DNA from: Phoronis australis
Lineage: Eukaryota > Animalia > Phoronida
Direction: 5' to 3'
DNA length: 64,000 nt
Assembly: GCA_002633005.1 (NCBI GenBank)
Contig: NMRA01000010.1
Span: 1,584,982-1,648,981, forward strand
This document shows positions 38,101-50,100 of the stretch, piece by piece. The notes under the pieces were generated by a model. That model was not told the origin of the DNA, searched no databases, and saw only the letters and a program-made list of their open reading frames with translations. How positions within the stretch are numbered: the stretch's first letter is position 1; every line of letters begins with the position of its first letter. A program made the position numbers and the translations under genes.

Positions 38101-41100
38101 TGTTTTAGGGGTGTGTCTTCCCGACTTTTGATTAAAAACAAAACATTCAGAAAAGTATTGGAAGTCAGAGCAGTACTCACTACCAAAATACGACTTTGTG
38201 AAGGTTAACGATAACCTGCCAGGTGGGTTGGCAGGCCTAGTGTTCAGTTTGGGCTGTTATGTCAAATTCTATGAGAATATTTTGAGAACTACCTTGGTGT
38301 GGCGGTGTCCCATCACGTGTGCTCAAATAAGTCATATGTCCCTTTATTACAGACAGCTGCTCTTGTTCAGTGGAGGAGGGGGCACAATATACCTGACAAG
38401 TACAAGGAGCAAATTGAGTCCACCACGGACGAAGGTAGTTAGTGGTCAAGGGAAACCACTGTTTGTTATGCACCAACTTGTTGGTGAACAGGTAATAGTC
38501 TGATATAACGTGCCTTTGTTTAGCAGTTGTCTTCATTGAATAACGGGCATCAAAAGGTTGTCAAAATGTGGGCACGTTATATCAGACTGTTGTCAGTGAA
38601 CACCGGCCTGTAAAAAGTTGTGTGGTTGTGCTTAAAGCAGCAGTTGTCTGCCACTAACTCAATGCTCTTGACAATCTTAATAAGAAACTGTTTTTCATGA
38701 TGAGTCCTAATATAAAGCGATATTCAAATATGTGCATCATCAAAATTTTTGTTTTGCAAAAATAGTAGACAATTAGCATGCAGGGATTTTGTTTCTTAAC
38801 TGTGCTCTTTCTGAAATTGCTTTTGTAAGAAGGTATCACATTGCTCTGTGCTGTGTTTAGGTCAGTGCTCTTGATAACATCAGGAATTCTGGCTTCTTTG
38901 TGAGATCTTGTATCTCTTTAATTATCTGCAAGTAGCATGCCATGAAAAATAATGGGTCTAGAAGTGTGGCCCAGTGGGACCACGACCTTCAATAAAGGAA
39001 GCAAACACTTATCTTTCTAGGCCACAATGCCTCCAGTAGGCTAATACAATACAGTAGGGGAGCCTTGCAGAACCTGTGCATGGTTCTTTTGTTGTGGAAT
39101 TTCTGGTTTAAATTATTTGTTTTTGTTCTTTTTTGCAAGAATGCCAGACTGGAGTTTATGCTCCAAGGTTTATGTCCTTTTGTCAAATGCATCAATATGC
39201 TGAGAATGATATATAAAGTTTGGTTTACAGAATATTCTCAAAAACCTAGGTCTTAGGCTAATAATGTTTTAAAATAGCTAAACGTTTTTGGATGTTCGAC
39301 AATTATTACTTTTAAATGTGGAGCAGTGGCCTAGCTTGAGAAAGTCAATTTGCTCATATTTTGCCTAGAGGTGTCACTGTCAGTNCATAGATCAGATAGA
39401 TCAGCCTCACAGATATTATTGGCATTTGGCGCTCTGTGCTTCTTGTACTTTCCTTGTATCAAAGTACATGTTACCGTGAAACAGGTCGTGGTCCAAATAA
39501 GGTCGAAACACTGGAGGAGTATCTGAATTCTTTAATGCTTTTCAGTTTTACATGTAGATTACAGCCTGTTTGCTCTCTAAAGGTCTTCAGTTCAGAAAAC
39601 TGGAAGTCGAATGATTAGTCTCACTAATCTACACTCCGTCTTACAAGTAGCCTGTTTTCTGTCGAATCATCATCAGCTTAGAAGACTGGAAGACTGATTG
39701 GGCGGACTGATCCATCCTGTTGTGTTCTGTAGTTATAGTACAAGTCAGAAAAGTTATCAAACAAAGCACTGTTTCCTTGTCATGACTGGTCATACAGACT
39801 AGCTACTCTGACAGTGAAAACTGCTTGCACTCAGCCACCATGACAGGGAAGTCCGCTTGCACTCAGCTGTAGGGACGAGAACTCCAGGTCATCTTGTCTG
39901 CGTGGCATGCACTGGAGCCCGGCCACTTCCAATAACTTAAGCTCAGAAGTCTGGAAGTAGGATTGGACTCTCTACTGGATTCTGTTCTGTTTTACAGGTA
40001 GCCCGTTTACTGTCAAAGATCATCAGTTCGGAAGACTGGGATAATGACTTTCTCCAGAATCAGACGTACGAGGCATTTCTGGAGGAGGTTAAAATACAGA
40101 TGAGTCACGTGTACAACATGTTGTTCTGCGTCAAAAAGGGGTTGCCATTTATTGTCCATGTGAGTCTCTTTAAAACACATATTTCTTTGATGATAAAATG
40201 GCCCCATTTTCAAAAAAAAAAATTAAATGAAACAGTACAGATAGTGGTTCTGTCTGTTTCTTTAAGGTCTGAATTAATAGAATTTGAAGGATACTAAATG
40301 AAACATGTTGCAACTTTGGCATGTGAGTAGAAATGTTTAGCAAATTTAAAATGGTGCCATAACATTAGTGCTCAATTTTTAAACTTATGTTGAACATTGA
40401 TTTTGGCAACTCCATCTCAATTATAATTATTAAAGGAACTTAATTTGTTTTAAGTCTGTTGTTGATGCCACTGGTGGCACCAATCTCTTCAAAGGAGAGA
40501 CTGAAAATGTTTACAAACTAAAAAGAATCTATTCAACAAAGGAGAATTGCCACATGTGCATTTTTCTCGTGCTTTTAGAAATTTTTCAAAATCTTTCTCG
40601 AAATTGAGGATAGTTTTTGTACTTCTACTGGAAGTTTTGCATGCTTAAACGCGGGTACTGAAGTGTAGAATGAAGTCATACGCCGTATCAAACTCCAATT
40701 ACACACTAAATATCAACCTGCACACGTTGAAATTCTGATAGCGTGAACACATTTTTCTGTAGAAATAGTATGGCGAATGTAACTGCCCAGATATCAAGTC
40801 ATTCGAAAGAATTTATTCACTCCTCCATTTGTATTTTTGTGAATTTGTGAAATGAAGCATTCACTTGGCCAGGCCACTACATGATATCATTAGGTCAAAA
40901 ACTGAGATTACAAGACAGCAGACGATTTGATTTGTCGTTGTTAGAGGCATAGCAAAGAGGCGACATATAACCGGTGGTACTGTTTGCGGTTTCCTAATCA
41001 TGTCAAGGGAATTTGATTTGGTTTGTACTAACACACTGAACAAAAAGTTTCCTTCCATTCTTTTGGTTCATGTCCATTTTACAAATTTGTGAAAAGCACT

Positions 41101-44100
41101 TTGATGGCCAATCAGCTGTGTTTGAGAGCTGAGTATTGGCAACAATTGTCACTGTCATGCTGGTGTTGACTCATGAACATCAGCTGTCGATGGATAATCA
41201 CAACAAACCATTTCTCAGAATATGCGAGCCCGTCCTATAATCTTGATGAAACATATTGAGAATGGGATGAAATGGGCAACTCTGTTCAAAAACATGCAGT
41301 GAGTGTGACACCGACTATTTTTTGTATTTTCTCAAATCGAAACCACTGTTTCCAATGTTGATTCCTGGGTTGCCAACTGCCACAGATTGTAAAGTGTTTC
41401 CAACTTTAAATCCTGGGCTGCCAACTGTTACAAATTGTAACCAGAGTTTCCTACTTTGATTCCTGGATTTTCAACTGTTAGAGAACAGATGTACCTGTAT
41501 TCTACATAATTATGTAAGTCCATTAAAATGGTTACTTACGAGTTGCAAATGTTTGAAACCAAGTTTAGTATTTTACTACAGGACTCTCAGTCTTCCTCAT
41601 GGTCTGTGCGGCCATTCTAATGAACAGCATCCTTTACTCATGAACTCCTTCTTTCTTAACGAGGTGTAGTTGTTTTCTCACCAACCACAGTCCAGCTCTT
41701 CCTGTTTTTGTTATTTTCATATTAATCGCTTTGAGCAGGTGGTAATTGAAATTCCTTAGCAACGAACAACGAGTATTTTCTCACGTGACAGTATTAATAC
41801 AAAATGCCTGTTTTCCACTTAATGACATGAAAGACATTATGCAGGACACATGATACCCCAGAGGACTCTTAAATGTACAATAAATAGCAATATTTCAGTT
41901 GTTTATGCCTTAAACTTTATTGCTTGAGATAAGACTGGTCTTACGCTTATGATTGTACTGTTTTCACTACAACATGTAGGTGTCTTCTACTTGCCATTTG
42001 GTCTTACCGAAGTTTCGTCCCCTGAGAAAATCCAGCAGCAGGCTCTGAGGCACTTAATGTATTTATAAATGGGAAACCACACACCGCAAACATTACAGAA
42101 TGATCAAACACTAGAATGGCAGTCACAAAATGAAACAGGAAAGCAATGGGAGTCGGGGTCAGAGCTGTAATATGTTGTTTTGGGGGTGTGTCTTCCCGTC
42201 TTTTGATTAAAAACAAAACATTCAGAAAAGTATTGGAAGTCAGAGCAGTACTCACTACCAAAATACGACTTTGTCAAGGTTAACGATTACCTGCCAGATG
42301 GGTTGGTAGGCCTAGTGTTCAGTTTGGGCTGTTATGTAAAATTCTATGAGAATATTTTGAGAACTACCTTGGTGTGGTGGTGTCCCGTCACGTGTGCTCA
42401 AATAGGTCATATGTCCCTTTATTACAGACAGCTGCTCTTGTTCAGTGGAGGAGGGGGCACGATATACCTGACAAGTACAAGGAGCAAATTGAGTCCACCA
42501 CGGACGAAGGTAGTTAGTGGTCAAGGGAAACCAGTGTTTGTTATGCACCAACTTGTTGGTGAACAGGTAATAGTCTGATATAACGTGCCTGTGTTTAGCA
42601 GTTGTCTTCATTGAATAACGGGCATCAAAAGGTTGTCAAAATGTGGGCACGTTATATCAGACTGTTGTCAGTGAACACCGGCCTGTAAAAAGTTGTGTGG
42701 TTGTGCTTAAAGCAGCAGTTGTCTGCCACTAACTCAATGCTCTTGACAATCTTAATAAGAAACTGTTTTTCATGATGAGTCCTAATATAAAGCGATATTC
42801 AAATATGTGCATCATCAAAATTTTTGTTTTGCAAAAATAGTAGGCAATTAGCATGCAGGGATTTTGTTTCTTAACTGTGCTCTTTCTGAAATTGCTTTTG
42901 TAAGAAGGTATCACATTGCTCTGTGCTGTGTTTAGGTCAGTGCTCTTGATAACATCAGGAATTCTGGCTTCTTTGTGAGATCTTGTATCTCTTTAATTAT
43001 CTGCAAGTAGCATGCCATGAAAAATAATGGGTCTAGAAGTGTGGCCCAGTGGGACCACGACCTTCAATAAAGGAAGCAAACACTTATCTTTCTAGGCCAC
43101 AATGCCTCCAGTAGGCTAATACAATACAGTAGGGGAGCCTTGCAGAACCTGTGCATGGTTCTTTTGTTGTGGAATTTCTGGTTTAAATTATTTGTTTTTG
43201 TTCTTTTTTGCAAGAATGCCAGACTGGAGTTTATGCTCCAAGGTTTATGTCCTTTTGTCAAATGCATCAATATGCTGAGAATGATATATAAAGTTTGGTT
43301 TACAGAATATTCTCAAAAACCTAGGTCTTAGGCTAATAATGTTTTAAAATAGCTAAACGTTTTTGGATGTTCGACAATTATTACTTTTAAATGTGGAGCA
43401 GTGGCCTAGCTTGAGAAAGTCAATTTGCTCATATTTTGCCTAGAGGTGTCACTTTCAGTTTAGCCTTTACACTGTCTCTTTTCTCCACTTCCAGTTGTGA
43501 CATCTCACTCTCGCCTGGAGTCGAACAAGATGACAAACAGAATCAGTGATGATGATAGTGCAGATGACTGTTACGACAGGTAGGGCTTCTTAAGGGGTGT
43601 GCCTATTAAGTGCATGCACCATACTATACCTAATATGTTTAACACTTTTAATGTAGAATGAAGAAAGTAACTTTTACAAGTAGGTTTATTTGAGTGATGG
43701 CAAAGAGTCTTCAGCCTATGTGTTGAGACGTTATTTGTTGTGCTAGCAAATATGTGATGTATTTTTGCTCAATTTTTGGGTTGAACGAATAAACATGGTG
43801 CTTACTCGTCATAGTAACCCTACAAATTGGCATTCTCGCTATAGACAAGTAATGGAAATGAAAAAAGGTAAAATCTCTGGAAAACTGAAATAGCATGAAA
43901 CCATAAAAATTGTCATTTATCATCTAAGCCAACACTTTCTTGATCTAATGTTAAAGTTGCATATAAAGTAGTTCTCTTCCGCATTTTGACCAATAGTCAC
44001 AGTCGGGGACTCACCTTGTGAGCCGAGCTGGTTCCCAGAGGATTTTGTGTTCTGTCAAAAAAAATGCATCTGGCTAGAACTTGCCATTACTGGTACGTTT

Positions 44101-47100
44101 TCAACCAGTTGCCCTCTTCTGTAGCTTTTGAAAGTTGAGTAACAAGTGAGTTTATCTGATCGTAACCAACCCTTTGTTTGTAACATTTCTATCAGCAAAG
44201 TTTTTTGTAACGAAATGTTGTGCCCTCTGTGAGTTAAGTTGTATACCATATGTCTTGCCAAGTTTTTGGGTAATCGTCTATTGTTGTGTTTCTTTGGTAA
44301 CACGATGTGTCATATGCTCACGCAGTGTTTCCATAGAGACATAAGTAGTAGCATGTGACAAGTTACTTTTTCCTATTTTGTCTGAAGTACAGTTATAATG
44401 TATCCATGGAGACGGTGAGGTTTTGAAATGACAGACATTGTTACACACTTTATTGAGAGCAGTTATCGGTCATTCAAAGTGTCTGCTATTTTAGCTTATA
44501 GATAGAATTGTTCGTTGTGATATTTTGTTGGAAGTGCAGAGACCTTCCATTTGCTTTATCTAGTCAAGTTTTGGTCAAACATTGAACGTATGTAGTTACA
44601 TAGTTCTGCCTGACATTGAAAATGTGAGAACACTTATGCTAAGCAGAAATTTGAGTTACAGAGAAGTGAAACTACCACATTTATAGAAAAAAAGGATACC
44701 AAACCCTGTTTTTGGTGATTTCAACCAATCACCATTCGGTCCTCTCCTCATGCATCGTTGGCGTTCCACTTGAGTAATTAAAGCATGATTGAGCTAAAAA
44801 CTCTCACTGCGGTTCTTGGTGTGTGGTCTTTCATAACAGTTGCCTTATAACTCGCCTGACATGTAGGCTGCACTTGCCCGTTTAGCCGACTTTGAGAGGC
44901 ATTTTCAAATTTTGCTCCAACTTATGATGTTTCAGAGAACTAGATGGGAATGTCGTTTCCAGCATCTGTTGTTTCTCGAAAACCGGGTTTGGTATCCTTT
45001 TTGACTGAAATCAGTGTTTTTAGCAATTTTAAAGTTGTTGCCCTCTTAATCCTGCAGAGTAATCAGTCGAGCGAGAATGAATGAATTGTACAATCGGCTG
45101 GGCATGGCTGAAAGGTTGACAGATGATGAACGGTCAGAAATGGATAAGCAGGTAATCTGCATTCTAGTATTTTAACTTCTCTTTCAACTGGAAACCTTCC
45201 TTCAAACTCAGTGCAGAATCATCTGTTTGTAACGGTAAGCCACATATTGGGTAAAGCATGTAATCGCATTTATGTGACTGTGTGCATTGCCAAACACTGT
45301 CTGTTGTACATTAGGTTTGCGTTTGTATGTTGGGTGTACGTGTCTACTGGTGATGTTTCATTCAAACACATATCTTATTATTTGTGGGCTTTGGGATGCT
45401 CATTCCTGTTTTGCTTGATGTATGTGAAGCACTAATATGTTTTCACATGTCTTAGCTGGTGCAGACGACTGCACTGTGACTATGCACCGCTCTTAGCTTG
45501 GTGACTTTGGGCATTGCCATTCCATTTACAACATAGCAAACATTTTACAGTTATTTGAGAAAAAAGAACATAATTTATTCAAATGTCATAATTTGTTCAT
45601 TGTTGTAAAACGACTACTTTATGGCATTTTGGAAAATTGTCGAATTCCTTTAACTAGTGTCACTCTAACTTGAATTTCCTTTGCAGATCAAACAAATTAG
45701 GCAGTCTTATGGAAAAGTGGATAAGCCATGTATGTACTGGGTTTCTTTTTCTATTTACTGTTTGATGGTGTTGGAAATGAACGTTTTCAATTATTTTTAT
45801 AACAAAAATGTTTTCATGGTTGTCTTTCTCAGCATCAGTTTCAGGTTTTTAGAACAAGCATTTAACCCACTTTTTTAAAAGATCTAAATTCAGGCTTGTC
45901 TATTTTCTGTTCCAAAACTGGTCTCTTTTTGTTCCTTATTCATTACACACAAATTATTTCTGGGATTGGGAAGAACTCAAAACCCTTGGTGTCTTGATTT
46001 TGGGGCTTAATATGACCCTGTGAGTGAAGTTTAAATTTGAAATCACGAGCTGGGAATTTCCTTCATCTAGTAAAACCCCTGTCGGGACGGAGATCTTTTC
46101 AGACTTAAATACGGATCACATGATGCGGTCAACGTATGCCATATGAAAACCAATAGTTGTTATTCACATGATATCAACAGGCTCTTTTATGCCAACACAA
46201 CTAATAACAGGTGACCATCTTACAATTGGTTCTGCACATGGCGAGTCTGCATTGCATAGTCAATGCTAAGATTCTGCACTGCAGTCAGTAGTGCAGGCTG
46301 AGGCTATGCCTTAGCCATGGTTACAGTCTCAATATGGAGAACAGAATCTGGCGGTTTATTGCCAGACGTGCAATGTTATCATCTGGTATCGAGGAAACGA
46401 AGTCATGTATGGGGGTCCCATGTTCAGTACCTGAGTCTTACCTGGGTGGCCAAGTGCAGATTTAGTTTTATCTGTATTCTACGTTTTTAGGACCTTAAGA
46501 ATCACTACGTATGGTTTGCAAATGTTACGGATTTTGAGAATTTGTTGCTCTGAGAAGTCAACTGAGATTAAAGTCATCTCAGTGTAAAATTATTGGCGTT
46601 TTGAAGCTCAAAATCAGCAAAAAATCGGGGCAGAAAATATGAAAAAATGAAGGATCCGAAATAATCAAGAGCTCAATATCCTACCAATGAGACGTGTCCT
46701 GAGTACCAAAAATGTATAATGTAGTTTGTATAATGAGATCTTGGTTGTATAATTGGTAAATTATCGTTGCTTTGTGAAAAAGTGACCAATGAAAAGCAGT
46801 TGCTTACTTGGCTTTGCATTGTCACAAGGAGAATTTTGGAGACAGATATTCCAAGGAATTGAATTATATTTAGAAAACGGTAGTTTAAGGAATTGACTGT
46901 TTCATTAACGCTAACTTCTAGACCCGGAATCTAATCTTTCTACTCGAAACAAACTCAAAATTATTTTTGGCAGTTTATCTGCTACTTTTGTGGAAACTCA
47001 AGATAAGTAGTTATCAGACTGTGCTCAAATACATTAAAGTTTACGCATACAAGTTTCTAGTCCAAGTTTGCTCTTGATGACCCTTATTTTCATGCTACAA

Positions 47101-50100
47101 ATTGGAGTAAAAACTTGCAATTTCGAGTTCAAACTTAAACTTTTACCCGTAATGTTGGGTTTATTAACTTCAAGTTAGAACTAAAAAATTATCCACATAA
47201 GTCGTTATGTACTCAAGCACAGAATTATAGACACCTACCTTGAGTTTGCACAGAAGTAGAGTAGAAAATGTCAAACATAATTTCGAGTTCCATTTCGAGT
47301 AAAAAGATTAGAAACTGGGACCAGAACTGAGAGTCCGAACATCTTCAACATTGATGCGGAACAAGAATTACGACATATCGCGATTTGCTGGGCTGTCGTA
47401 TGATTGGACGAAATCAACCATGCCAACAGCAGAAACAAGAACATGGATATGATGAGCCGAGCTTTTTTGTAGTTACACTATTTACCGATTGGTATTTAGC
47501 TGCGCTATCATGAGTGTCAGAGTGTTTTCAAGTTGCTGCGACCTGATTAGCTGGAAAGATTACCTTGATTGACATGTCGGGGCTGTCCATTACCAGGTTA
47601 AGTGTTTTGGGATTCTTGTCAATTGCAGCTTATAATCCCAAATTTCCGATGTCATGGTACAAATCTGGTGGCTCCCTGTGCAGCTGCATGTACATTGTAT
47701 ATTGTGCGTTACTGCTTATGTGTGTAAATTCTCATTGTAGTGACCTGCCGAGTCGGCCATGTCCCAGTTGTCCCAGCATTTCGACGTAGTCTTGTTCCAG
47801 TTACCAAAACTAAGGTGTGTCATTAACTAATAGATATTAACAGCGTGTGTTGCTTAGTCTCTGGCATATGAACTTTGGTGCCTTCAAGTACAAGGAAGTG
47901 GGGGAAAGGTAGATTGTGATACCATTTATGATTATATTTATGTTGCTGGTTTTTATTAAAGGCTTATGGTCAGATAATTAAATGCCATTTTTGTGCACCC
48001 ATATTATTTGTTGGTGCATATTGACATCTCTGTGTGGCGTTCAACTGTCCAGCGTCCACTGGTGTATCTCCTCAGCTGCTTGCAGAACCGTTGGGTGACT
48101 GGAAGGTCTGTGGAGTGGATGAGGAGATGTTTTGGGCAAATTAAACTTCTGTTCCATTAAGCTGACATTTATTGTTAAATGGGATACAAATGCTGTTTTG
48201 CCCCCCTAGTGGCAATTTTAGTTTTTTGCATGAGTTTGTGTTTAAAAAAAAATCGTGTTCTGTGAAGCAATGTCATAGAATTTGACAAACATTTTTCTTG
48301 GGAGGAGTGCAGAGCTGATGTTGATTTTCGGACGAATCTGACTACTGCTAAGCCTCCCAGTGTTATATATTTTTATTTTAATGTGCCCACATATTTATAT
48401 GTGCCATCATCTCTGTCTGGGCGTCTGTATCTCCTAAACCCCTAGTAGGATTTTGATGAGATTTGGCAGATGTGTTCCTTTGAATGACGTCAAATTTCGT
48501 ACCTCTCCGACTACCGGTGTGCCCCCTAGTGGCAGTTTTATTTTTCACACTTACCTCTATCTTTGGAGGTCCTCAATGGATTTTCATAAAATTTGGCAGT
48601 TAGGCAACTATTAGTGAGATGATGATATCCTCTCGTTTTCGGACAGATTCGAGGTACTGTGTGACACCCAGTGGCCATTGTTACTGTTTTCAAGTCTATT
48701 TTATGGTGTCCGCCCTATCAACCAAATCAGTGTAGGGATGATTTTGAAAATTGGCCTATACATTCTTAATATAGAGGGTGGCTGACGACTTTACAATGAC
48801 TTCAGCTACTGTGGTGCCTCTTAGTGGCATTTTTGTTTGCTTTTGCGCCCATGACTGTGTCTCCTAAACGATCTATGGGGACTTTATTTAATTTTGCTGG
48901 TGTATTTGTACGAAGTTGGCTACAAAGGACGACGACTTTTGGATGGATCGGACTACCGGTGTGCACCCTGGTGGCAATTTTAGTTTTTTACATTTACTTC
49001 TGCAAAGGTCGTCAATGGATTGTCTTAAAATTTGCCAGATAGGCATCTATTAGTGAGGTGACATTATCATACGGTTTTCAATTGACTTCAAGACATTTTG
49101 CATCACCAAGTGGCCATATTTATTGCCCTCTATCAACCAAACCACTCTAAGGATGATTGGGAAAATTGGCATGTAAGTTTCTAATGTGAAAAGGAGGGCT
49201 GACGATGACTTTCCGATGAGCTCGACAACTGTGGCGCCTCCTAGTGGCAGTTTTTTATGCCCATGGCTGTATCTCCTTAACCCTCTGCAAGATCTTTTAA
49301 ATTGAGCAAGTGTATTATTTCATATGAACTTGACAACAAATGACGATGACTTTCAAATGGACCGTACTACCGGTGTGCCACCTAGTGGCAATTTTATTTT
49401 TTTAATTTTACCTCTGTATGTTCAAAGGTCCTTAAAGGATTTTCATAAAATTTGGCAGATAGGCATCTATTAGTGAGTTGATGCTATCCTCTGGCTTTCG
49501 GTTTGATTTGTGGTATTTTGCACTAGGTAGTGGCCATTTTTACTGTTTTCAAGACTTATTTGGCATCTGCCCCTCTGTCAACCAAACCACTTTAAGGATG
49601 GTTGTGGAAATTGGCATGTATGTTCTTAAGGTGAAGAGGAAGTCTGACGATGATTTTCTGATGACTTCATCTACTGTGAGTGTGACGCCTCTTGGTGGAA
49701 GTTACTTTTTGCGCCTATAGCCTCCCAGTGGCAATTTCATTTTTTTTGTTTTCCTCTTTCTCAGAAGTTCCTTGACGGATTTTAATGAACTTCGGTAAAT
49801 AGCTTTGATGACACGTACCAGTTTTTGGATGTATTCGACGTATTTTGTGTCATGTAGTGGCCATTTTATGTTCCAAATAAACACCCCTAGAAGCACACCG
49901 TTTGCGGTGCATTCATGGGTACATTTCAACACTGCGCGTTGCTCTTGTTTATATATGCCTTGAAAGGATCCAATCAGCATCATGCGTAGCAGATGATAGC
50001 ACAGCTTATGACGACTTTTAAGTGGGTGGTATCTACTACTGCTACATGTATACCCCCTTTTGGCAATTTTACCTTTTTGCCATGTTTCTGGGTGGAACTT

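Larger units (their letters stand above)
36937..43459. repeat. Near-identical duplication 36937-39384 / 39386-43459 split by a single N (probable haplotype duplication)
   Basis: Both copies start CATAGATCAG and end GTGTCACT(G/T)TCAGT. The second copy has an extra ~1.6 kb (40445-42058). N at 39385. Confidence 0.9.

Noticed and set aside
37550-43331. Paired identical short ORFs (e.g. MKMGPFYHQR, MIPSYKSNF, MMHLTKGHK) suggesting a duplicated small-protein family
   Set aside because: Their identity only reflects the N-flanked duplication. They are intronic or antisense to TERF exons and have no protein motifs.
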